The notes beneath the pieces are model-generated. The model saw only the letters and a program-made list of their open reading frames with translations. It did not search any database and had not been told where the DNA came from. From positions 140,965-204,964 of the forward strand of contig CAVWHO010000007.1 of assembly GCA_963754875.1 (NCBI GenBank): 64,000 nucleotides of DNA, in the 5' to 3' direction. The position numbers were made by a program, and so were the translations under genes. Each line of letters starts with the position of its first letter. Positions within the stretch are counted from its first letter, which is position 1. Positions 21,497-30,978 of this stretch are shown here, one piece after another. Source of the stretch: Nitrospirota bacterium (GTDB lineage: Bacteria; Nitrospirota; UBA9217).

Positions 21497-23176
21497 TTAC
21501 CTCGTCAGATGCCGGTACTTGATCCTGTGCGGCTGGTCCGCATCGGCGCCGAGCCGCTTCTTCCGGTCATCCTCGTACTCCGTGAAGTTGCCGTCAAAGA
21601 AAGCGACCTTGCTGTCGCCCTCAAAGGCCAGGATGTGCGTTGCAATCCTGTCCAAAAACCAGCGGTCGTGGCTGATCACCACGGCGCAGCCCGCAAAGTT
21701 CTCGAGGCCTTCTTCGAGCGCCCGCATCGTGTTCACGTCAATATCGTTCGTGGGCTCGTCAAGAAGCAGAACGTTCGCCTCTTCCTTCAAAATGCGCGCA
21801 AGGTGTACCCGGTTCCGCTCGCCGCCGGACAGCACGCCGACCTTCTTCTGCTGGTCCGTGCCGCCGAAGTTGAAGCGCGATACGTAGGCGCGGGAGTTCA
21901 TCAGGAGCTTGCCGAGCTGGACCTGTTCCTGGCCGCCGGTGATCACTTCCCATATGGTCTTGTTCGGGTCGAGCACGTCGCGGCTCTGGTCCACATACCC
22001 GAGCTTCACGGTCTCGCCGATCCTGATCGTTCCCTTGTCCGGCTTGTCCTGGCCCGTGATCATGCGAAAGAGCGTGGTTTTGCCCGCGCCGTTCGGCCCG
22101 ATCACGCCCACGATGCCGCCGGGCGGCAGCATGAAGGACATGTTTTCGACAAGGATGTTGTCGCCAAAGGCCTTGGTCACGTTCTCGGCCTCGATCACGA
22201 CCTTGCCGAGCCGCGGTCCCGGCGGGATATAGATCTCCAGTTCCTTGCCGCGCGCCTCGGTCTGCTGGCGGAGCAGCTCTTCGTAGGAGCTGATGCGCGC
22301 CTTGGATTTCGCGTGCCTGCCCTTGGGAGACATCCTGATCCACTCGAGTTCGCGGGCGAGCGTTTTCTGGCGTTCACTCTCGGTCTTTTCCTCCTGCTTC
22401 AGCCGTTCGCCCTTTTGCTCGAGCCAGGAAGAATAGTTGCCCTTCCACGGGATGCCCTGGCCGCGGTCGAGTTCCAAAATCCAGCCGGCCACGTTGTCGA
22501 GGAAGTACCGGTCATGGGTCACGGCTATGACCGTTCCCTCGTATCTCTGGAGATGGTGCTCAAGCCAGGCAACGGACTCGGCATCGAGGTGGTTCGTAGG
22601 CTCATCAAGCAAAAGTATGTCCGGCTTCTGGAGAAGCAGGCGGCAAAGCGCCACGCGCCGTTTCTCTCCGCCCGAAAGTACCTTGACCTGCGTATCAGGG
22701 GCAGGACAGCGCAGGGCATCCATGGCCATGTCCAGCCTGCTGTCGAGCTCCCATGCGTTCGCATGGTCGAGTTTCTCCTGCACCTCGCCCTGGCGCGCAA
22801 TGAGCTTGTTCATCTCATCATCGGACATGGGATCGGCAAAGCTTTCGTTGATCTTGTTGTACTCATGCAAAAGGTCGACAATCTGCTGCACGCCCTCTTC
22901 CACGCACTGACGCACGGTCTTGTCCGGATCGAGCTTGGGTTCCTGTTCGAGAATTCCGACGGTGTAGCCTGAAGAGACCACGACCTCGCCCACGAACTCC
23001 TTGTCCTGGCCAGCCATGATCCTAAGCAGCGAGCTCTTTCCCGAGCCGTTCAGGCCGAGCACGCCGATCTTTGCGCCGTAGAAGTACGAAAGGTAGATGT
23101 CCTTCAGGACCGGCTTCTTGTCGTAGAACTTGCCCACTCCGACCATGGAGTAGATTATCTTGTTTGGTTCAGCCAT
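21497..23176 (-). CDS. ettA: Energy-dependent translational throttle ABC-F protein
   Basis: '[15 protein letters not shown]', '[20 protein letters not shown]', 'RELEWIR.SPKGR.AKSKAR'. Confidence 0.93.
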   Translation of the reverse strand: MAEPNKIIYSMVGVGKFYDKKPVLKDIYLSYFYGAKIGVLGLNGSGKSSLLRIMAGQDKEFVGEVVVSSGYTVGILEQEPKLDPDKTVRQCVEEGVQQIVDLLHEYNKINESFADPMSDDEMNKLIARQGEVQEKLDHANAWELDSRLDMAMDALRCPAPDTQVKVLSGGEKRRVALCRLLLQKPDILLLDEPTNHLDAESVAWLEHHLQRYEGTVIAVTHDRYFLDNVAGWILELDRGQGIPWKGNYSSWLEQKGERLKQEEKTESERQKTLARELEWIRMSPKGRHAKSKARISSYEELLRQQTEARGKELEIYIPPGPRLGKVVIEAENVTKAFGDNILVENMSFMLPPGGIVGVIGPNGAGKTTLFRMITGQDKPDKGTIRIGETVKLGYVDQSRDVLDPNKTIWEVITGGQEQVQLGKLLMNSRAYVSRFNFGGTDQQKKVGVLSGGERNRVHLARILKEEANVLLLDEPTNDIDVNTMRALEEGLENFAGCAVVISHDRWFLDRIATHILAFEGDSKVAFFDGNFTEYEDDRKKRLGADADQPHRIKYRHLTR

Positions 23177-23333
23177 AAATTTTCACAACCTCCGGGAAAT
23201 AGTAGGCTCTTTGTACACTGTATTATAGCAACGTGTCAATATAAAAAAGGGCGGGGAAAGCACGGCTGGTCACTGAAATAGTTACAAAAAGATCGGTCTG
23301 TCATTCTGAGCAAATATCCCCGGCCCGGCAGGT

Positions 23334-24167
23334 TCACTTCAGGCCATGCTGAAAAATGGAAGCGATATCTTTATCATCGTACCTTTCTCTTCTCCACCGG
23401 TACGGCAAATCGATGATCGTGCCCGGCTCCCGTACTGTAAGAAGCGCCCGGAACGTTTCCGCCAGGACAACGCGCTGCTGAGCAGTATTAAAGGGCTCGC
23501 CAAAGGGATGACCGAAGGGCCACCTCAGGAAAACGGTCCTCGGCGGCCTGACCTTCTCTGAATATTCACGAACGATCGATACGCCGATCGTCGGGATCCC
23601 CGCCTTCTCTATTTCCCGCTGTATCAATCCCACGGATTGATTGCAGATGCCTCAGCCGGGCGTCAAGAGAACGATATCGACATGCGCTTTTTTCAAACGG
23701 CCGGCGACCTCGGACGCCGTCTTAAAAATCAGCGTTGGGATATGCCTGCCGATGATATGTCCCATGAAACCGTAGTGCAGGTCGGCAACTTGCCCGATGC
23801 GTCCTTCTTGTGCGAATTCCTTCAGCCGTGTAATAGGGAAAACGATGTTAATGTCTTTATCGGCATCGGTGTGATCATAGTAGTCATGGGTGATCATAAG
23901 GCTTGAGAGGGGTTTCCTGAAATCGATGACCCGAAACGACGGATCGCCGTCATGGTCCTTCATATCGAACGGTTCCTGATCGCGGTGATGAACGCCGGCC
24001 GTAGTCACCAGTGCGACGGTGGAGGTGGCAAGTGCTTTCGTCACCGGGGTCCAGGGAACATCAGTGGATTTCCACGGTTCGTAGGAAGCCGTAAACCTCT
24101 CGGCGAGCGAAGGAAACCGGGTGATGACTTTTGCGATGAATTGGTTTTTAAATCTGCTGAAGCTCAT
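23334..24167 (-). CDS. GrdB/PrdB-like selenoprotein (in-frame UGA at 23652-23654 read as Sec; UxxC)
   Basis: The two track ORFs are in the same frame, joined by TPG-UGA-GICNQSVGLIQREIE. Motifs 'VALVTTAGVH', 'GDPSFR', 'D.N..FP', 'PPR'. A hairpin lies 10 nt after UGA. Confidence 0.88.
23623..23641 (-). promoter_or_regulatory. Candidate bacterial SECIS hairpin
   Basis: AUCAAUCC-GUG-GGAUUGAU, a perfect 8-bp stem beginning 10 nt 3' of the UGA with a GU-containing loop. Confidence 0.75.
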
Positions 24168-24316
24168 GGGTCAGGTGCCCTTCACCGAACACGACGAAAC
24201 TATAGTTCCGTATTTGATATCCTCGTCGCGGTCTCTTATGTAAATTTATCCGTATTCCCGCATCCTCCGTCCCGCATCATATGTTGTCGAAACGGAGCGG
24301 GCTCGCGGGACTGTGG

Positions 24317-24691
24317 TTATGACAAGCCATTTGTCCCGCGATACTCCCGTAATTTTGCAGCAACGAAGGATCGGATGATCGGGTCGATTTCTTTGCTTTT
24401 TGAGAGAAACAGACCCGTGATCTCATCGATCGGGCACAAACCATCAGGCAGCAGGATCGGCGACTGGTTCTTGGCAGGATTAGTTTCTCCTGAATCCACT
24501 CTCTCGTGGCTGAAACCCGTTTTTTGCCGCCACGTCAACGCCCGTTCCGATCTCTGCTTATCATAACACAATTGAAATCCGGAAATAGCGCCGTCATGGT
24601 CCGGCCAGATGATGAGGTCGAAATCATCATCTGAAAACCATCGGCGCTGCCCGTCGTTTGAATTTTCCCGAGCATAAGATTCTTGCAGCAT
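24317..24691 (-). CDS. Conserved hypothetical protein
   Basis: 'RRWFSDDDFDLIIW', 'GFQLCYDK...ERALTW', 'VDSGE' resemble a widespread small family (from memory, no search). Confidence 0.7.
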   Translation of the reverse strand: MLQESYARENSNDGQRRWFSDDDFDLIIWPDHDGAISGFQLCYDKQRSERALTWRQKTGFSHERVDSGETNPAKNQSPILLPDGLCPIDEITGLFLSKSKEIDPIIRSFVAAKLREYRGTNGLS

Positions 24692-24761
24692 TGGTCGCTC
24701 CGATCCGAAGTTGACAAGGCTGCCGATTTTTGGGCCGTGTCTGTTGCCGCACTGGACTGCT

Positions 24762-25682
24762 CTAGTCCTTCAGCATCTCCTCGATCGTGATCTTGACCGA
24801 GTCGCAGAGTGCCGGGCGGTGATACCCCCCCTCGAGGGCAAACACTACAGGAAGTGCGGCGCTGGATTGCAGGATGCTTTGGACGATGCAGCGGATGCCT
24901 TCATCGGAGACGCGCATGTTGGTGTACGGATCGTTGACATGAATATCGTATCCCGCGGACACCAGGACGATGTCCGGCTGGAAGCGTCCGATCAACCCCG
25001 GCAGGATGTCCTGGTATACCATGAGATACTCTTTGTTTCCCGAACCGGCCTGGATCGGGACATTGTAGGTGAACCCCGCTCCCCTGCCCCTGCCGCGCTC
25101 CATGTCCTTGCCCGTGTCGGGATAGTAGGGATGTTGGTGCGTGCTGAAATAGAAGACGCTGTCGTCTTCCTCGAAGATGTGCTGGGTGCCGTTTCCGTGG
25201 TGGGCGTCGAAGTCGATGATGAATACGCGCTCGTAACCGATGGCCTGCGCGTACCGTGCCCCGATCGCGACGTTATTGAAAAGGCAGAAGCCCATGCCCT
25301 GGTCCGTTTCGGCGTGGTGTCCGGGAGGCCGGATTGCGCAGAACGCGCGATCGATTTCTTTTCTTTTGCACAGTGCCACGGCTTCCATGACTGCTCCCGC
25401 AGCATGAAGCGCAGCCTCGAAACTGCCTTCCGACAAATAGGTGTCAGGATCGAGTTCTCCCGCTCCGAAGTTTTTTATTTTTTCTATATAGCCATGGGTG
25501 TGGACGCGGGCAAGATCGTCAAGGGTCGCGCTGCGCGCAGGGATGGGGATGAGCTTCTGCCAGAGGCCCGATGCCTTGAGCGTGACAATGATGTTGATGA
25601 TCCGGTCCGGCAAATCAGGATGCCAAACCGGCGGTTCGTGATGAAGACAGATCTCATCAAAGGCGAAACCGACTTTTTTCAT
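24762..25682 (-). CDS. Histone deacetylase-family (Zn-dependent acetyl-lysine/acetylpolyamine) hydrolase
   Basis: 'RPPGHHA', 'GFCLFNN', 'DFDAHHGNGTQ', 'SAGYD', 'LEGGY'. Confidence 0.93.
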   Translation of the reverse strand: MKKVGFAFDEICLHHEPPVWHPDLPDRIINIIVTLKASGLWQKLIPIPARSATLDDLARVHTHGYIEKIKNFGAGELDPDTYLSEGSFEAALHAAGAVMEAVALCKRKEIDRAFCAIRPPGHHAETDQGMGFCLFNNVAIGARYAQAIGYERVFIIDFDAHHGNGTQHIFEEDDSVFYFSTHQHPYYPDTGKDMERGRGRGAGFTYNVPIQAGSGNKEYLMVYQDILPGLIGRFQPDIVLVSAGYDIHVNDPYTNMRVSDEGIRCIVQSILQSSAALPVVFALEGGYHRPALCDSVKITIEEMLKD

Positions 25683-25797
25683 GGAGAAGGATTGTCCCTT
25701 CATAGGGGCGCCCCTTATGGTCGCCCTCTCAATGGGTAGTCGCAGCGGGCCGCCCCTACAGGAAAAAGATGTTAGGGACTCTAAACAATATATGCTG

Positions 25798-26534
25798 CTA
25801 TTTCTTCCCGCACGTCGGGCAATCGGGGTCTTTCCGGATCTTGAACTTCTTAAAGTCCGTCGTGGCCCCTTCCCAGACGAGGAGCTGGCCTTTGATGGTC
25901 GAGCCGGTTCCGGAAAGGTACTTCAGCGTCTCCAGGGCCTGGAGCGAGCCGATAACCGCCGGTGTAACGCCGAGCACGGGAAAAACTTCCTTCGGCGGGG
26001 CTTCCGGGAAGATGCAGCGCAGGCAGGGCGTTTCCGGCGACTGGATGAACGAGAGCCGTCCGTCGATGCCCCAGATGCTGCCGTACACGAGGGGGATCTT
26101 TTTTCTGATGGCGCACTCGTTCAGCAGGAAACGGGTCGGGAAATTGTCCATGCAGTCGAGGATGATGTCGGCGTCGCCCACGAGCCGGTCGACGTTCTCC
26201 TCCACGATCTTGTCCGTGAAGGCAGTGATCGTTGATCTCGGGATTGAGCCGCTCGAGGGTCATCTTGCCCGAGACGGCCTTGTTCGTGCCGATCCGCGTG
26301 TGGTCGTGCAGGATCTGGCGGTTCAGGTTCGACCAGTCCGGGGAATCGAAATCGCAGATCCGGATGTTGCCCGACGCCGGCTACGGCAAGGTAGATCGAG
26401 ACCGGCGACCCGAGCCCGCCTGCTCCCGCGATGAAGACCGTGGATCTTTTGATCTTCTTCTGGGTCGCTTCACCCCACCCTTCCATCATCATCTGCCTGG
26501 TGTAGCGCTTCTGCTCTGTTTCAGAAAGACTCAT
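25798..26534 (-). CDS. ThiF/MoeB/HesA family adenylyltransferase; two +1 frameshifts (~26370, ~26230)
   Basis: 'RYTRQ', 'GAGGLG', 'SNLNRQ', 'DCMDNF.TR', CxxC...CxxC distributed across three frames. Confidence 0.85.
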
Positions 26535-26827
26535 GCACCCCCCCCTTGCTACCCTCGCCATGACGCGAGGATATGAGCGCTAATTATATCCTGTGGAATT
26601 CGCTTTTATCAAGAGTTTTATTGGTTCTTTCGCAAGAAGATTGATCGAACGGATTACGATCAATTCTTGTTAAAAAGCTGTCAGGAGAAATGGAGACGTT
26701 AGATTGAGAAATCGGGAAAAAGGAGTTTGAATTGCTAATTTCCCTCTTTCGCTTTTCAATTCCCCCTTTCCCCTTGAGGACCTTGTAGGATGTTAGGATC
26801 GTTCAGCGGAATGCGAATGATCTGTTT

Positions 26828-27679
26828 TTATTTCAACCGTACTCTGGCTTTGCGCAGCAGGAGGTCGGGCAGATAGGACGATTTAAAAACGCGCAGGTTC
26901 TCTTTGTCCAGGTCCTGTTCGAGGTTCAGGTATTTATACTTCGGCGGAAGGATCTTTGCAAAATTGTTGAACATATACTGGTAAATGCCCTTGAACTTTG
27001 TCCGGGCTTTGGCGAAATGCAGCACGAAGGTCTCGTCGCTCACCTCTTCGCCGAGCACGAAGCCCGCAGGCTCGTTGTTCGCATAGTAGATGCCGCCGCA
27101 AAGGACAAGTTCATCGTACCGGTCAAGCGCCTCGAGACAGGCAGCGTAATCCGTTTCATCGGCGTTCATTTCCGAAGTCGCCTGCCAGTCCGAAAGAATG
27201 AAGCGCGCTTGAGCAAGCCGGTCATTCGAGAGCGGCAACGCTTCGTGCTGGTAGAGCTTCAGGAACTGGGCAAGGAGGTTCCGTTTTTTGTGCAGGTTTC
27301 TTCCTTTATAGGTGCTCATTTTTTCTACAGTGAATACGTAGTCCGCGTCGCCGTCTTTGTAAGTTATATCGAATGCATCCGGCTCGAAAATGGCAAGCCA
27401 TTCCTCAGGGATCGGAAAAAGGAAGTCCACGGTTTCCATGAGGTCCTTGATCAAGCCCATGTCCGCCGTGCGCACATCAAAGGCCGGCATGAGATAGGTC
27501 CGCCCGTCGTAGGACTTTCCTTTGACAAAAATGTTGCGGTCCGTGATGACCTCATAATCGTGGTTGCCCCGGAAGAGGTACAGGTTGGCAAAGGTATATT
27601 CAGAGAGGCCGGCCCTGGCCTCCTTGAGCAGGGGGGCCAGGAGTTCCTTGTGCTGCAGCCCCAGTTTTTCGATCAGCAT
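26828..27679 (-). CDS. DUF2156 / phosphatidylglycerol lysyltransferase C-terminal (GNAT-like) protein
   Basis: 'SEYTFANLY', 'KKRN', 'HFAKA', 'NLEQDL...NLR..K.SY.P'. Confidence 0.8.
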   Translation of the reverse strand: MLIEKLGLQHKELLAPLLKEARAGLSEYTFANLYLFRGNHDYEVITDRNIFVKGKSYDGRTYLMPAFDVRTADMGLIKDLMETVDFLFPIPEEWLAIFEPDAFDITYKDGDADYVFTVEKMSTYKGRNLHKKRNLLAQFLKLYQHEALPLSNDRLAQARFILSDWQATSEMNADETDYAACLEALDRYDELVLCGGIYYANNEPAGFVLGEEVSDETFVLHFAKARTKFKGIYQYMFNNFAKILPPKYKYLNLEQDLDKENLRVFKSSYLPDLLLRKARVRLK

Positions 27680-27812
27680 CCTTCAACTATAATCGATAAC
27701 AGGATTTTGTCAAGAGACGCGGCAGTGAGATGGCGTTTGCAATAGGACTTTGTGGTATACTTGTACAAACATAATAATTGTCTGGATTTATCATCTCTTA
27801 AAGGAGGAAGGC

Positions 27813-28595
27813 ATGCTCGTAATAGCGGAGAACCTGAACATACGGAACAAAGAGTATATGGGAGCAATCAAGAAAAAGGACCGCAAGGCAATCGAAATCA
27901 TGGCAAAGGAGCTGGCGTCAAAGGGCGCGGATTTGATCAATGTCCAGGTCTCGGCAGACGGCGCAGAAGATGAGGATGCACTTCCCTTTGCAGCGGAGGC
28001 CGTTCAGCAGGGGGCCGGCCTGCCCCTCTGCCTCGATTCTCGGAACGTGAAGGCGCTGGCAAAGGCCGTGCCGCTCTGCGAAGAACCGCCGATAATCAAC
28101 TACCTTTCAGCTGACGAGAAAAATCCCGCCGACCTGCTGGCCCTCGTCAGGGAGACGAAAGCCAACCTCATCATTCGCGCGCTCAAGGGGACCGTGCCCT
28201 CGACGCTCGAGGCAAAACTCATGATCATCGAGGATTTGATCGAGAAGGCGAACGAGGCCGACGTCCCGAACGAACGGCTCTTCGCCGACCCGTCGGTGGT
28301 ACACATCGGCAAGGGCCAGGGCCAGGAGCACCTCTTGAACGCCCACGAGAGCGTCATCGTCCTGAACGAGATGGTCGATCCGCCGCTCAACACGGTGATC
28401 TGGCTCTCGAACATTACCTCGGGCCTGCCGAAGAACCTGAAATCGTCGGTTGCCGCGGCCTATCTCTATTACCTTGCCGGGGCCGGGCTGAACGCAGCGC
28501 TGGTGAACGTGAAGGACGAGGAACTGATGAAGGCGGTGTATCTGATCAAGGCCTTCCGGGATGATGTGGTCTTCTCCCCGGCGGATCTGGCATAG
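27813..28595 (+). CDS. Pterin-binding methyltransferase, AcsE/dihydropteroate synthase-like
   Basis: SD AAGGAGG; 'IAENLN', 'LCLDS', 'IIN', 'DP', 'LSNI'. Confidence 0.75.
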   Translation: MLVIAENLNIRNKEYMGAIKKKDRKAIEIMAKELASKGADLINVQVSADGAEDEDALPFAAEAVQQGAGLPLCLDSRNVKALAKAVPLCEEPPIINYLSADEKNPADLLALVRETKANLIIRALKGTVPSTLEAKLMIIEDLIEKANEADVPNERLFADPSVVHIGKGQGQEHLLNAHESVIVLNEMVDPPLNTVIWLSNITSGLPKNLKSSVAAAYLYYLAGAGLNAALVNVKDEELMKAVYLIKAFRDDVVFSPADLA

Positions 28596-28621
28596 GCGGG
28601 GTTTGACAGCCGATAACTTTG

Positions 28622-28654
28622 AAAGGCGGGAGCATGCTTCCCGCCTTTTTTTTC
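28622..28654 (+). terminator. Intrinsic terminator
   Basis: AAAGGCGGGAGCATGCTTCCCGCC followed by a T run. Confidence 0.8.
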
Positions 28655-28791
28655 GGCACATCGTGTGAAGTGATCCTCGCAAAACTCGGAAACGGTTAGC
28701 TTCTCGCTGTAAAATTTGCCTAAGCAATTACCTCTTGTTTTAACCTACCCCTTTTGCTATAGTAAGCCGTCACCTTTCAAGCCATCGCCAA

Positions 28792-29988
28792 ATGAGCTTA
28801 ATAAACGAATATATCGAAATGATTAAGAAGTCCGGCAACTCTGCGCTGGAATCGGAACTTCTGCGTTTAATCAGCGAGTATAATAAATTGAGGTCGACCT
28901 ATCTCTTTGTCTATGCCTCAGCTATAGGAAAACAAATTCCCAATATTGCCCTTGATCAAGCAGACTATTACATCATTCGTGATTTTCTTTCCGACAAAAA
29001 CAGCATAAAAAAAGTTGATGTCTACATTGAAACACCCGGCGGTAGCGGCGAAGCGGCAGAGGAAATTGTGCTCTTTCTCAGAAAGCACTTTGAAACCGTC
29101 TCTTTTGTCGTTTCAGGAGAAGCAAAAAGTGCGGGGACTTTGATAGTCCTATCCGGTGACGAAATCCTTATGACTGAAACAGGCAGCCTCGGACCGATTG
29201 ACGCGCAAATGAAAATAGGCCGCTCGGTTATATCGGCCTATGACTACATGGAATGGGTCAAGCAGCAGCGGGAAGACGCGCAGAAAAATGATCGCCTCAA
29301 CCCGTTCGATGCAACGATGGTAGCACAGATTACACCGGGAGAATTAGGGAATGTTTATCATGCACTGAAGTTCGCCGAAGACCTCGTTGTTGAATGGCTG
29401 GTAAACTATAAGTTCAAAAAATGGAATAAGACGGAAACGCAGGGCAAGCCGGTAACCCCTGAGATGAAAAGCAAACGAGCCGCAGAAATCGCCCAGGCAC
29501 TGAGTAACCATGCGAAATGGCGCTCTCACGGAAGATCTATCAAGATAGAAGACTTGGAGGAGATAAACCTCAAGATAGCGTGCGTCGACGATGATCCCAA
29601 ATTGGCCGATGTCGTGTACCGAATTCAGATGGTATGCAGACTGCTGTTCGACTCTTCCCAGACTTATAAAATTTTTGCGACAGCCGATAGTAAGCTGTTT
29701 AAACAGGCGACTCCGACTGGGCTCACGGGGCCAATGATAGCACCACCGATGCCTGCTCAGAAGTTGGATGTGGCCCGTATCGAGCCGCTATGCCCCAAGT
29801 GCGGAACTGTCCATAAAATATTTGCGAAGTTTAATCCGAATCCGCAGATCGATGTAGAAATGCGGGCGCAGGGCTTTACACCGTTTCCATCACATGGTAA
29901 AATAAGGTGTAAGTGTGGATTTGAAATAGACCTTCTTGGCATCAAAAACCAGATAGAATCTCAGACAGGCCGAAAAACTGTCCTCTAA
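28792..29988 (+). CDS. SDH/ClpP-like (S49-related) serine protease with C-terminal Zn ribbon
   Basis: 'ETPGG', 'AKSAGT', 'LGPID.Q', 'SHGR'; CPKC...CKC at the C-terminus. Confidence 0.82.
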   Translation: MSLINEYIEMIKKSGNSALESELLRLISEYNKLRSTYLFVYASAIGKQIPNIALDQADYYIIRDFLSDKNSIKKVDVYIETPGGSGEAAEEIVLFLRKHFETVSFVVSGEAKSAGTLIVLSGDEILMTETGSLGPIDAQMKIGRSVISAYDYMEWVKQQREDAQKNDRLNPFDATMVAQITPGELGNVYHALKFAEDLVVEWLVNYKFKKWNKTETQGKPVTPEMKSKRAAEIAQALSNHAKWRSHGRSIKIEDLEEINLKIACVDDDPKLADVVYRIQMVCRLLFDSSQTYKIFATADSKLFKQATPTGLTGPMIAPPMPAQKLDVARIEPLCPKCGTVHKIFAKFNPNPQIDVEMRAQGFTPFPSHGKIRCKCGFEIDLLGIKNQIESQTGRKTVL

Positions 29989-30001
29989 GGGGTAAGCCGT
30001 T

Positions 30002-30181
30002 ATGAAGACAAAAGAGAAGAAAATAGATTCTCCTGACGTAAAGGCCCTCCTGACGTTCCTGGAAAGGACAAAAGAAGGGAAATACGCAAAAATCGACGAG
30101 AACTCGCTCATCTATACAAGAATCCAGATTCAGAGTGAGGAAGCATATGCGGACGAGGAGTATTATTATAGCGTGAGATAA
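30002..30181 (+). CDS. 59-aa micro-ORF (below track cut-off)
   Basis: AAGGGG SD just after the protease stop; MKTKEKKIDSPDVKALLTFLERTKEGKYAKIDENSLIYTRIQIQSEEAYADEEYYYSVR. Confidence 0.55.
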   Translation: MKTKEKKIDSPDVKALLTFLERTKEGKYAKIDENSLIYTRIQIQSEEAYADEEYYYSVR

Positions 30182-30385
30182 CCGCCCTAGTGCACTGTCA
30201 ACATAGTTTTTGATGGTCTTCCACCTCTTTCGCTCGTCACCCGGGCATGATTTAAGCCAGCATAATGGTGCGGAACCATTAACAATTAAATTGACGGTGT
30301 ACTAGTCCGACCATTCACGATTTCAGGCAAAGATACCGTGTCCATGGTTTAGAGAGCAAAAAGAAGGCATAGAATGCTAAAATAA

Positions 30386-30529
30386 TCACTTACCCTTCCC
30401 GAGTAGGTATCCAATAATCATCCCAAACAAAGTTGCAACATCCTGGGATCTTAGTATCTTAATGAATGCAAGGAATATCACGCCAATCACCACCAATAGC
30501 ACGATAACAAATTGAAATATTGAAGTCAT
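30386..30529 (-). CDS. 47-aa two-helix membrane microprotein
   Basis: SD GGAGG; MTSIFQFVIVLLVVIGVIFLAFIKILRSQDVATLFGMIIGYLLGKGK. Confidence 0.6.
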   Translation of the reverse strand: MTSIFQFVIVLLVVIGVIFLAFIKILRSQDVATLFGMIIGYLLGKGK

Positions 30530-30978
30530 ATCACCCTCCACTTTATTGAATACCCAAGTCTATCACTGTATATACCGTAAAAATCGAACATGTTCTGGCA
30601 GGACCATAATATCCGCGAAAGCCACTGCAATTTGGATGGCATTATAGGAATTCGACGGCTCAACTTCTTGCGAACGGTTCGCAATAATCAATGAAAGCGT
30701 ACGTAGAGTTTCGTCGTTGTCCAATCTATAGCAAAAGCCGAACATGTTCTGCCAGGACCCGCATTGTTTAATATGTGAGCTACTATAAATGACTCTTCAG
30801 ATAAAGTCTTTTGAACCAGTGCAAAAAACCGGCGTTTAGGCAATCACCCCACGACCGCGGAGTGAGGCCCTGCCTAACCGCGTCTGTCGCTTTACAGACT
30901 ATGCGGCCCTATGGAAAGATGATGTGCTCTGGATATAATGTGTAGAAGTTCGGGAGGGTAGAGGATGTAGTGCAGCCG

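Noticed and set aside
21392..22972. 526-aa plus-strand ORF and similar long ORFs (5828-6787, 14957-15853, 24711-25739, 46750-47739, 59747-60676)
   Set aside because: They are antisense shadows of well-supported genes in GC-rich DNA and show no recognisable motifs
23652..23654. TGA as a nonsense mutation or sequencing error
   Set aside because: It falls exactly at the UxxC catalytic position and is followed by a SECIS-like hairpin. The other errors in the window are indels, not substitutions
30585..30759. GAACATGTTC as a LexA (Cheo) box
   Set aside because: Spacer is 2 nt rather than the GAAC-N4-GTTC consensus. Two copies are also too few for a CRISPR array
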